This document shows, one piece after another, positions 8,878 through 17,662 of a DNA stretch of 64,000 nt. The position numbers were made by a program, and so were the translations under genes. Every line of letters begins with the position of its first letter. Within the stretch, counting starts at the first letter, position 1. The notes under the pieces were generated by a model. That model ran no database searches, had not been told where the DNA came from, and saw nothing but the letters and a program-made list of their open reading frames with translations. The stretch comes from Bacteroidota bacterium (lineage in GTDB: Bacteria; Bacteroidota; Bacteroidia; 2-12-FULL-35-15): assembly GCA_016722565.1 (NCBI GenBank), contig JADKIU010000007.1:9531-73530 (forward strand), read 5' to 3'.

Positions 8878-10389
8878 ATGTCAAAAATAAAAATGATTTT
8901 TCTGCTCCTATTTATAGCAGATACAATGAGTGCTTTAAATAGATATGTGACTGTAAGTGGTTCAGGAAGCATGAATGGAACTAGCTGGTCGAATGCATAT
9001 CCAGGCGCATCCTTACAAAACGCAATTAATTTATCCAATACAGGTGACGAAGTATGGGTTTCAAACGGAATTTATTATCCTACAACATCCGTTTCACGAA
9101 CAGCTTCCTTTAATCTAAAAAACGGAGTGATACTTTATGGAGGATTTGTTGGAACAGAAATTCTTTTATCACAAAGAAATTTAGCAACGGCATTTCAAAG
9201 TATTTTATCAGGTAATATTGGAACAGCTGCGTATTCTGACAACAGTTATCATATTATTTACAATACTGGATTAAACAACACTGCTGTTATTGATGGTTTT
9301 GTAATTACAGATGGAAACGCGAATGGTGCTAGCGGGAGCATCGATGAAGGCGGTGCAGGCATTTATAATTTCGGAGGATTTGGAGGCACCTGCAATCCAA
9401 CCATACGAAATTGCATTTTTAGAAATCATACAGCAACTTACGGTGCGGCTATTTTTGATCACGGCTCTAATGGTGGAAATGCCAGTCCAACCATTTCACA
9501 TTGCATTTTCGAAAACAATGTTGCAACTGGAGCTGCAGGTGCAATCGACAATTATGGTTATTCGGGAAATGCTAGTCCGCAAATTATCAATTGCATCTTT
9601 GTAAATAACTCAGCAACACTAACAGGTGGTGCAATTCATTGTTGGGGCGGTGGTGCAGGAAATGCCAGTCCGTTTATAAACGCTTGTACTTTTTTTAACA
9701 ATACTGCTAATGTCGGTGGTGGTGCGGTGGTAGCTGACAATCAAAACACGGATGTTGGATTTTCCGGTAATGCTTCCATTGTTTTATTGAATTGTATTTT
9801 ATACGGGAATGCAGCGCCTACTGGCCCCCAATTCTATATTATTGGAACAGCCACTATAAACGCAACATTTTCAAACATTGATGTAACCGGGCAAACCACT
9901 CCACATGTATTATCAGGGGCAGGCACAGGAAATTTAACCAGTGTTCCGTCATTTTTGAATCCATCAGATATGGATGGAGCTGACAACATTTATAGAACTT
10001 CGGATGACGGTTTAGTTTTATTAAGCTCTTCTTTAAATATAAATAGCGGAAATAACACCAGTGCCCCAGCAGTTGATTTAAAATTTATACCAAGAATTGT
10101 TGCAAGCACAATAGATATTGGAGCATATGAAACCACTATAACTACCTCAGTAGAAAAAGAAAACAAAACACTTCTTTTTGAGATTTTTCCTAACCCCACA
10201 CATTCAAACTGTACACTTAATATTGATGATGCTATACCACATATTTTACAAATTTATGACATGCAAGGTACTTTACTAAATGAATTAGAAATTAACCAAA
10301 AGCAAATACTAAATCTTGATATTTACCCTAAAGGTGTTTACCTAATAGTAATTGATAAGAAATTTTACAACCGTATTATTAAGATATAG
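8878..10389 (+). CDS. right-handed parallel beta-helix repeat protein with T9SS type-A C-terminal domain
   Basis: Repeated N-C-I-F-x-N-N-x-A-x-x-G-G-A rungs (IRNCIFRNHTA, ISHCIFENNVA, IINCIFVNNSA, INACTFFNNTA, LLNCILYGNAA). C-terminus FEIFPNPTHSNCTLNI...GVYLIVIDKKFYNRIIKI. Confidence 0.7.
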   Translation: MSKIKMIFLLLFIADTMSALNRYVTVSGSGSMNGTSWSNAYPGASLQNAINLSNTGDEVWVSNGIYYPTTSVSRTASFNLKNGVILYGGFVGTEILLSQRNLATAFQSILSGNIGTAAYSDNSYHIIYNTGLNNTAVIDGFVITDGNANGASGSIDEGGAGIYNFGGFGGTCNPTIRNCIFRNHTATYGAAIFDHGSNGGNASPTISHCIFENNVATGAAGAIDNYGYSGNASPQIINCIFVNNSATLTGGAIHCWGGGAGNASPFINACTFFNNTANVGGGAVVADNQNTDVGFSGNASIVLLNCILYGNAAPTGPQFYIIGTATINATFSNIDVTGQTTPHVLSGAGTGNLTSVPSFLNPSDMDGADNIYRTSDDGLVLLSSSLNINSGNNTSAPAVDLKFIPRIVASTIDIGAYETTITTSVEKENKTLLFEIFPNPTHSNCTLNIDDAIPHILQIYDMQGTLLNELEINQKQILNLDIYPKGVYLIVIDKKFYNRIIKI

Positions 10390-10565
10390 TATTCTAAATA
10401 ATAAACCGTTTTTACCTACATAAGATAAATAAGTTACATGGTGTATGTAAATTCTGACGATAAATACTTTCCTTTTGAAGGAAATATACTACTGCTAAGA
10501 TATAAGGATTAAACGAAATTCGGCAAACTATGTTTCAAATCAAACCGTTGCTAAGCTAAACGTTA

Positions 10566-10680
10566 TTAAATATTTTATAATTTATAGTAGATGTCACGGT
10601 TCGTCCCGATATCCATCGGGACCAGTAGTTCCTAAGGAAAATTGAAAATCCTTACAGAAATGTAAGGCTTTTTGTTTTTG
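10566..10680 (+). repeat. solo copy of the 113-bp array unit (AT-rich part, interrupted T-arm-like hairpin, acceptor-like tail, terminator)
   Basis: TTAAATATTTTATAATTTATAGTAGATGTCACGGTTCGTCCCGATATCCATCGGGACCAGTAGTTCCTAAGGAAAATTGAAAATCCTTACAGAAATGTAAGGCTTTTTG aligns along its length with array units, and is closest to the unit at 2921-3033. Confidence 0.9.
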
Positions 10681-10836
10681 TCTTTTCTATAAACGGAGAA
10701 TGACCTCTTGTTAATAAGATGTTATTGTTGTTATTCCTATTCCAAATTCCAGTACTTTCATCAAAAAGTATTTTTCACTGTATCTTTTGGGAATAACCCA
10801 AGTTATAGATGTGAGTAAAACAATTAAACTTTTCAT

Positions 10837-13254
10837 ATGAAAGTAATGCTCTCAAGTTCTTGTAAAATTTTATTTTCCCTTTTTCTTTGTCTATCAGTTC
10901 ATTTTACAAGTGCTTCCCAATGCGCTATCAAAGGAACGGTGGTTGATACGCTGCAAGCTGCGCTACCTTTTACTCCTGTTGGTTTACTCAACAGCAAGGA
11001 CAGTTCCATTTATAAAGGTGCTGTAAGCGATCAAAATGGGAATTACTGTTTTGAAAATATCCGCAAGGGTGACTATATTATAAAGATTAGCGCTGTTGGA
11101 TTTAACACATTCTACACAACAAAAATGGAGTATGATAGTGTGCATCCAATCAACATGCCTGTGCTTAGTTTGAGTGCCAGCAATACCGGTTTAAAAGAAG
11201 TAGAAATCACTGCATTCAAACCTACCATGGAATTCAAAAAAGGGATGATTGTTTTAAACGTAGAAAATAACCTCATCGCAAAAGGCAACAGTGTTTTGGA
11301 TTTGTTAAAACAATTGCCCGGTGTGCAAGTGGATGCGCAAAACAATATTACCGTGAATGGCGTGGGTGGCGTTCGCTTTTTAATGGATGGTCGACTGCAA
11401 CAAATGTCTGCTTCACAAATGGCAACAATCTTAAGCGGCATGAGTGCAGAAACAATTGTTTCGATTGAACTCATTAAAAATCCACCGGCTAAATACGATG
11501 CTGCGGGCACAGGAGGATTGATAAACATTGTTACAAAAAAAGCCAAACTAAAAGGCATTAATGGAAGTATCAGTCAATCCTACAGTCAAGGCAAAGAAGG
11601 AAGATCCTTTTCTGCACTTACGCTTAATTTTAAAAACAATAAACTGAGTGCATTCACTAATTTGAATTATAGCTACCTCCACTTTTATGATCTCAGTCAA
11701 TTAGACAGAATACTTAATACTACCAGTACTACCAATGTAATTAATGCTGATGGAAACATTTCAAACATCATCAATGAATTAAATTTTAACGGTGGAATAG
11801 AATATGAGTTTACTCCAAAAACTATTGTGGGTTTGTACTTTAATGATCATTTAACAGATATGAATGCGATTCAGGAAGCAACAACAAACGTGCTTGAAGG
11901 CAATGCATTTAATTATAATTCATATACCTACCGTTCAGATTACAAACAAAAATATCATTCCCCGAATGTCAATTTTAACATCCTTCAGAAATTAGATACG
12001 CTAGGTTCACAGCTTCAACTTTCCTCTGATTATTTTGATATTAAAGGAGACGAAAACAAGTTTGTGGAAAATCGTTTTTATGATGCATCGCATTCCGAAA
12101 TATTAACACCCAGCAAGTATCTAACGGACACCAAAAGTAAATATGGCATCTTTTCTCAAAAATTGGATTATACCAAAAACATGAAAAAAGATTTTACAAT
12201 TGAAGCCGGTTTGAAAGGAAGTTTTATTGATATTAAAAGTGATGCGAATTATTTATTGTTCAATGCAACTAGTGACACAACCCTTGAAAATAATTATACA
12301 TACAAGGAACGTGTGCTGGCAGCGTATACTACTTTATCAAAAACGTATAAAAAAGTGAATGTTAGTTTAGGAGTAAGAGCAGAACAAACCGATGTGAATG
12401 CAATCAATACAACAACAGGTTTTACTTTGCACAGAAGCTATTTGAATTTTTTCCCAAGCTCCACGTTGGATTATAAAATAAATGATAAAAATAGTTTTTC
12501 AGGATCGTATAGTTATAGAATTGATCGTCCGGGTTTCAACAGAATGAATCCTGCAAGAGTGTATAATGATGAATTAAATTACACCGTTGGAAACCCAACC
12601 ATTCGTCCGCAATATTCACATAACTCGTCTTTAAATTACTCATACAACAATTTTATAACAGCCACTATTGACCATTATCGAACGAATGATTTTATGTACT
12701 GGTATACTTATACAAAATCGAACTCGCAAATAAATATTGACACTACATTTAATTTTCGTTTGCGTGACGACTATAGTTTCAGTCTTTACATTCAGAAACA
12801 AATAAAATGGTTTAATTTTCAATTGTATGCGGCCTATCAGTTTCACGATTATAAAGGAACCATCAATGGAGAGAAAGCGGAGTCGGCCACCTCACAATTT
12901 TATGGAAATCTGAATGCAGAGTTTGCGTTGCCGAAAGATTTTAAAATTCAGCTTTCCGGATTTTATGTGACACCTTTTATCGATGCCGTTCAATTTTACA
13001 GTCCGGTAGGTGCGGTCAATTTAGTAATTAACAAAAGTTTTTTAAAGAACAAGCTGGATGTTTCACTTGGTTTTTTCGATATCCTTTATTCTGAGAATGG
13101 ATATATGAGTACGACCTTATCCGATCAATATTTTTATTATGCACAGAAAGCAGATACACGAAGAGTGAGGTTGAGTTTAAGTTATAAATTCGGGAAAATG
13201 CAGATTGAGCAAAAGTTAAGAGGAGAAGGTGCAGATCGCAGGTTCGGGAAATAA
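10837..13254 (+). CDS. TonB-dependent-receptor-like outer-membrane beta-barrel family protein
   Basis: Signal peptide. N-terminal CarboxypepD_reg-like segment (IKGTVVD...GNYCFENIRKGDYIIKISAVGF), a plug-like region (LPGVQVD...ITVNG) and a long beta-barrel. Confidence 0.75.
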   Translation: MKVMLSSSCKILFSLFLCLSVHFTSASQCAIKGTVVDTLQAALPFTPVGLLNSKDSSIYKGAVSDQNGNYCFENIRKGDYIIKISAVGFNTFYTTKMEYDSVHPINMPVLSLSASNTGLKEVEITAFKPTMEFKKGMIVLNVENNLIAKGNSVLDLLKQLPGVQVDAQNNITVNGVGGVRFLMDGRLQQMSASQMATILSGMSAETIVSIELIKNPPAKYDAAGTGGLINIVTKKAKLKGINGSISQSYSQGKEGRSFSALTLNFKNNKLSAFTNLNYSYLHFYDLSQLDRILNTTSTTNVINADGNISNIINELNFNGGIEYEFTPKTIVGLYFNDHLTDMNAIQEATTNVLEGNAFNYNSYTYRSDYKQKYHSPNVNFNILQKLDTLGSQLQLSSDYFDIKGDENKFVENRFYDASHSEILTPSKYLTDTKSKYGIFSQKLDYTKNMKKDFTIEAGLKGSFIDIKSDANYLLFNATSDTTLENNYTYKERVLAAYTTLSKTYKKVNVSLGVRAEQTDVNAINTTTGFTLHRSYLNFFPSSTLDYKINDKNSFSGSYSYRIDRPGFNRMNPARVYNDELNYTVGNPTIRPQYSHNSSLNYSYNNFITATIDHYRTNDFMYWYTYTKSNSQINIDTTFNFRLRDDYSFSLYIQKQIKWFNFQLYAAYQFHDYKGTINGEKAESATSQFYGNLNAEFALPKDFKIQLSGFYVTPFIDAVQFYSPVGAVNLVINKSFLKNKLDVSLGFFDILYSENGYMSTTLSDQYFYYAQKADTRRVRLSLSYKFGKMQIEQKLRGEGADRRFGK

Positions 13255-13260
13255 TTGACC

Positions 13261-13632
13261 TTACAACTTCATTGTTTTCTTTACATGCTTCAAAAATTCT
13301 TTGTCGGCTGAAGAGTGTTTCATTCCAAATAAAGCAATGGATTCAAGAACCGGTTTTAAATCCATGCCCTTTTTAGTCAGCTCATATTTTTTTCGCTTGG
13401 CGGATCCTGTGTAGGTAATGAATCCATCTTCGGTGAGTTGTATCAATCGATCGTTGAGGATATTGGTGGAAATATTTTCTCTGGAGCTTAAAAACTCATT
13501 GTAGCTCGTTTTTCCAAGATACATCAGATCTCTGATTATCAGCAACGACCATTTATCGCCTACCACATCCATGGTGCAGGAAATTGGGCAATCCGATCGT
13601 TTTTCAAGGGTATCTTTTATCCGCTTTTTCAT
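13261..13632 (-). CDS. HxlR-family winged-helix transcriptional regulator
   Basis: CPISCTMDVVGDKWSLLIIRDL is the characteristic HxlR N-terminal motif. 123 aa. Confidence 0.85.
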   Translation of the reverse strand: MKKRIKDTLEKRSDCPISCTMDVVGDKWSLLIIRDLMYLGKTSYNEFLSSRENISTNILNDRLIQLTEDGFITYTGSAKRKKYELTKKGMDLKPVLESIALFGMKHSSADKEFLKHVKKTMKL

Positions 13633-13729
13633 TTATAAATGTAAAGGTAAAAAAAATAATTTAGACTAAACTTGCATTTTGCAAGTTTAATTCTTTACCT
13701 TTGATTCCGAAAACTTAAAAACAGATAAC

Positions 13730-14215
13730 ATGGAAGTACAAAAGCAATTAGTAGTAAAATCGGTTTTGGATGCCTGGAACTCAAGAATCGAGGCCGCAGA
13801 CAAATTATTTAACGGACTTACAGACGAACAATTAGAACAAGAAATTGCTCCGGGCAGAAATAGAGGGATCTATTTATTGGGGCATTTAACTGCAGTGCAC
13901 GATAAAATGTTGCCCCTACTCGACTTTGAAGGACAAGCGTTTCCTCATCTAGACGAACCTTTTTTAATCAAAGCAGATAAAACGGTTTCATCTATTCCTT
14001 CAACAAAAGAATTAAGAGAAAACTGGAAAACCATTAACACAAAGTTGGCGACACACTTTCAGAAATTGAGTCCGGATGATTGGTTTAAAAGACATACATC
14101 TGTATCCGAAGAAGATTTTGCAAAAGAACCACACCGCAACAGAATAAACGTTGTTGTAGGCCGCACCAACCATATGCAATATCATATCGGACAAGTTGCA
14201 CTTTTGAAAAAATAA
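13730..14215 (+). CDS. DinB-family protein
   Basis: 161 aa with a His pattern (LGHLTAVHDKM ... HMQYHIGQVALL) typical of DinB/YfiT-like four-helix bundles. Confidence 0.7.
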   Translation: MEVQKQLVVKSVLDAWNSRIEAADKLFNGLTDEQLEQEIAPGRNRGIYLLGHLTAVHDKMLPLLDFEGQAFPHLDEPFLIKADKTVSSIPSTKELRENWKTINTKLATHFQKLSPDDWFKRHTSVSEEDFAKEPHRNRINVVVGRTNHMQYHIGQVALLKK

Positions 14216-14258
14216 TACTACAAAAAGTTAAAACTCAATCATTAAAAAAGAGCATTCT

Positions 14259-14699
14259 ATGAACCTAACTGATTTTACAACAACAATCGTAGTTGAGCAA
14301 AGTCCAAAGGACGTTTTTCATGCAATCAATAATCCTGCAGGATGGTGGCAAGGAGAAATAAAAGGCCCTACAGCGAATGTCAATGATGAGTTTACGTATG
14401 AGATGGCACCCTTCCATTTTTCAAGACAGAAAGTGGTGGAATTAATTCCAAACAAAAAAGTAGTATGGTTGGTGACGGAGAGTAAGCTTAGTTTTACGAA
14501 TGATCCAAGCGAATGGACGGGAACAAAAATTTGTTTTGAAATTTCAGAAGTAAACAATAAAACTGAAATCCATTTGACACATTTGGGTTTGAATTCAAAA
14601 GTTGAATGTTATACCGATTGCTCCAACGGTTGGACAGCATTGATTCAAAAAAGTTTGTTGAGCTTTATTACAACAGGCAAAGGCCAGAAGGTATTTTAA
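14259..14699 (+). CDS. SRPBCC (AHSA1/START-like) domain protein
   Basis: 146 aa. The layout (ITVEQSPKDVFHAINNPAGWW ... GWTALIQKSL) is typical of Aha1-like SRPBCC proteins that sit next to HxlR/DinB genes. Confidence 0.65.
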   Translation: MNLTDFTTTIVVEQSPKDVFHAINNPAGWWQGEIKGPTANVNDEFTYEMAPFHFSRQKVVELIPNKKVVWLVTESKLSFTNDPSEWTGTKICFEISEVNNKTEIHLTHLGLNSKVECYTDCSNGWTALIQKSLLSFITTGKGQKVF

Positions 14700-14701
14700 T
14701 G

Positions 14702-14738
14702 AAAAAAGCCTTACAGTGATGTAAGGCTTTTTTGTTTT
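14702..14738 (+). terminator. intrinsic terminator, same cassette family as the tRNA-Val terminator
   Basis: GCCTTACA(14708-14715)-GTGA-TGTAAGGC(14720-14727), then TTTTTTGTTTTAAATA. It is flanked by an A-run, so it may act in both directions. Confidence 0.75.
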
Positions 14739-14835
14739 AAATAGAAAAACAATTCACTTTTTAATTGAATATTACCAAATTCAACAAACTTTCACATAAA
14801 ATTTATTAGAAATTTAATATTTAGAGTTTCTTAAA

Positions 14836-16032
14836 CTACTTTGTAAATTTAAATTCTGTCCTTCTATTTAATTGATGCTCCTTATCAGAACAATCAACCC
14901 CATTCAAGCATCTATTCAAGAGTTGAGCTTCTCCAAATCCCTTAGCTGTTAATCTCTCTTTCCTAATACCCTTTGAAACAAAATAATCCAAAACTTTTTG
15001 TGCCCGTTTTTGAGATAAAACAAAATTACTTTCATCATCACCTTTAGAATCTGTAAAACTATTGATTGTTAAATAAAGTAAAACATTTTTCGACATTGCA
15101 GCAGCAATCTCATCAAGTTTTGAGAATGACTCGGGCTTAATTTCGATAGCACCTTCTTCATAATAAATATTCTCTATTAAAATCAATTCTTTGTTTTTTG
15201 ATGAACTAAAAATATTTACAGCAAGCTTAGTATCTTCCTCTTTTTCTTTAGATAAAGAAATTATTTCAGTTGGTAATAATTCATAAACAAAAGTCTCACC
15301 ATTTCTTTTCATTTCCTTAACGACAACTCCATTTGATTTTGCCAAATAAACAGTATTGTCTATTATATTTGAACCACTAGCAACTTCTATACTGTAATTA
15401 TTGTATGGATTTAAATTTTGAAATGAAAAATCCCCATACTTATCGGTTGTTGCAGACTGAATTTCGGAAGTTTTAGCGCTTTTTATTGTTACCGTTTGGT
15501 TTATTAGGGGCACCTTAATCTTAGTGCCAGTTAGGAGTTTACCTTCAACTGTAAGGTGTAAAGGCAAAAGATTCCCTTTTGCACATTTTTTTGTTTTAGA
15601 TTTATATAGGGTTATAGAAGGGATATCAATTTGAACACTTTTGTTATCAATTATAGAAGTCCCTTTAATGCTATCAATTACAATCTTTTCAAGCATTTCA
15701 GCATAAACAGTTTCTAACTCTGCCCATGATTTTGAAGTTTTTTCATACAGGTACATTGGTTTTCCTTTATAATAAATTGAAATTTTGTAAGAAGACAAAT
15801 AAATATCTCCTGTTTTTTTCCAGACATCTTTTTCATCTTTAAGTAAAATCAATGTAGATTTTTTAAAAAAAGCAGTTGATAAAGAATCGCCATCAGTATA
15901 CTGCTCAGTAATTTTACCTTTTAAATCTGTATTGACAGCAAAAAGTTTAATAGAATTGTCTTGTGAAAAAAGTTTAGCAGATAAAAAAACAAGTATAAAT
16001 GTAATATTTATCCATTTGTAGTTAGAGCTCAT
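14836..16032 (-). CDS. OmpA-family protein (C-terminal OmpA/peptidoglycan-binding domain)
   Basis: Signal peptide. C-terminus ...TDSKGDDESNFVLSQKRAQKVLDYFVSKGI...NRRTEFKF is the OmpA_C pattern. A central CarboxypepD_reg-like segment is also present. Confidence 0.85.
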   Translation of the reverse strand: MSSNYKWINITFILVFLSAKLFSQDNSIKLFAVNTDLKGKITEQYTDGDSLSTAFFKKSTLILLKDEKDVWKKTGDIYLSSYKISIYYKGKPMYLYEKTSKSWAELETVYAEMLEKIVIDSIKGTSIIDNKSVQIDIPSITLYKSKTKKCAKGNLLPLHLTVEGKLLTGTKIKVPLINQTVTIKSAKTSEIQSATTDKYGDFSFQNLNPYNNYSIEVASGSNIIDNTVYLAKSNGVVVKEMKRNGETFVYELLPTEIISLSKEKEEDTKLAVNIFSSSKNKELILIENIYYEEGAIEIKPESFSKLDEIAAAMSKNVLLYLTINSFTDSKGDDESNFVLSQKRAQKVLDYFVSKGIRKERLTAKGFGEAQLLNRCLNGVDCSDKEHQLNRRTEFKFTK

Positions 16033-16422
16033 TTTATATGGTTAGATTAATTTTTTATTCTTGTTTAGATTTACAAACACTCTTAAAGACATTTGTATAC
16101 AATAGGAGATTTTGTTTGAAAATAAGTTAATGCACTTAAAAGCATAAGAAAAACAAAAAGAAGGTTGTTGTTCATTTCATGTTGCGTTTAAGATAGAGCT
16201 AATATAAGAATTTATCTTTTCTTTAGAACTATCTTACGAAGGAGAAATTTGGTTTCAATTTATTATTAACTCATATAAAACAGATTTTTAAACTCATCAA
16301 AATAGGTTATCCTGAAGGCAAAAATACAATATGCCGAACGTTTGCCCTTAAAAAAAGCATTCTAAAACCAAAAGCCCTACATCAAATTAATATTCGTTTG
16401 CTAATTTCTCAGAAAATTTTAC

Positions 16423-16456
16423 AAAAAAAAGCCTTACATCGCTGTAAGGCTTTTTT
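16423..16456. terminator. bidirectional intrinsic terminator, same cassette family
   Basis: A8 run, then GCCTTACA(16431-16438)-TCGC-TGTAAGGC(16443-16450), then T6 GTTTT. It lies 25 nt past the stop of the minus-strand gene 16481-17440. Confidence 0.75.
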
Positions 16457-16480
16457 GTTTTAACATTTATAGCTAACTAT

Positions 16481-17440
16481 TTATTCCTTCACCAACTTAA
16501 CAAGTTGAATCGAATCGTCTTTTATGACTCTTAACATGTAAACGCCTTTGGTGAGATCAGAAAAGTTTTGTTGTTCAATTGCATTCCCTTTCCAAATAAT
16601 TTGTCCGAGTGCATTCATCAACTCATAGTTTTCTTTTCCGGTAGTATTTGCAACCGTTATTTTATTGATAAATGGATTTGGAAAAACAGCGAGTGTATTT
16701 ACTGTTTGTGATTCAATACCAGTTGTTGTCCAAGAAATGATTACATATCCCGGTGCCCCATTCATGTAAACGCCACCGTTACCATTTCCACCACCGCCAC
16801 CACCACCGTAGTTGACACCAACGGCAGCAGCATCTGTAACATTACAAGCAGCATCGGTAAAACCTGCACCTTTTCCACCATTCCCTCCTGGAGCACCACC
16901 ACCGATGCCAGCCGCCCCACCGGGAGTCATGCACATTCCTGTCCACGCAATTGTATTTCCTCCATTCGAACCATTGCCGGAAGCACCTGCAGCACCTGCA
17001 CCGCCACCACCAAAATACGTCCAATAGCCACCACCACCGGTTCCTCCGGTAAAGTTAGAAATCGTTCCACCGGTTCCTGTTCCTCCTGTTCCACCGCCAC
17101 CAATGGTTGGATTCGGAACAGAACCGCCATCGTTGCCTGCAGATGCAGTAATTCCTAAACTAGAAATACCAGATAAGGTTCCACTGCCGGTACCTACCAA
17201 AACAGCAAGAGTGGTTAATGGAGTAACGGTATACACTCCTTTGGCGTAGCCACCGCCTCCACCTCCGCCACCACCATTTCCGCCACCGGCACCACCGGCA
17301 CCAACTACTTCAATAGTAACAGAAGTAACACCGGAAGGAACAACAAAAGGTCCTGAGCTGGTGAAAATTTGTGGCGATGTTTGCGCAAAGGCAAAAGCGC
17401 CAATAAAAGCAAATCCGAATACGAGTATGTTTTTCTTCAT
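16481..17440 (-). CDS. secreted glycine-rich protein with T9SS type-A C-terminal domain
   Basis: Signal peptide. IFTSSGPFVVPSGVTSVTIEVVGAGGAGGGNGGGGGGGGGY and further poly-Gly blocks. C-terminus LAVFPNPFINKITV...GVYMLRVIKDDSIQLVKLVKE. Confidence 0.75.
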   Translation of the reverse strand: MKKNILVFGFAFIGAFAFAQTSPQIFTSSGPFVVPSGVTSVTIEVVGAGGAGGGNGGGGGGGGGYAKGVYTVTPLTTLAVLVGTGSGTLSGISSLGITASAGNDGGSVPNPTIGGGGTGGTGTGGTISNFTGGTGGGGYWTYFGGGGAGAAGASGNGSNGGNTIAWTGMCMTPGGAAGIGGGAPGGNGGKGAGFTDAACNVTDAAAVGVNYGGGGGGGNGNGGVYMNGAPGYVIISWTTTGIESQTVNTLAVFPNPFINKITVANTTGKENYELMNALGQIIWKGNAIEQQNFSDLTKGVYMLRVIKDDSIQLVKLVKE

Positions 17441-17662
17441 CTTATGTAGTTTTAGTGTTCTATCAAATGTACGCTATAATCCCTCGATTAAAAAGAATTA
17501 TAATAATATCTTCGTATACAGTTAATCAACAATGAAAGAAAGATTTTTTTGCACAACAAAATCTATCTTTTCAGTAATTTGCACAAAGGATTTAAATTGT
17601 CGATGAGCCATATTATTTTATTAAAATAAGCGTTATTGGCATAAGATATGCTAACCTAAACC

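Noticed and set aside
10390-10836. Possible riboswitch (e.g. cobalamin) upstream of the TonB-dependent-like receptor
   Set aside because: I found no B12-box-like or other recognisable riboswitch core by eye. The only structured element is the solo repeat copy, reported separately.
11112-11558. 148-aa minus-strand ORF inside the TonB-like receptor gene
   Set aside because: It lies within a well-supported 805-aa gene on the other strand and has no recognisable motifs.
16812-17130. Three 60-71-aa ORFs overlapping the glycine-rich gene
   Set aside because: They are artefacts of GGN/CCN-rich sequence without stops in other frames. The 16481-17440 frame has a signal peptide and a T9SS CTD.
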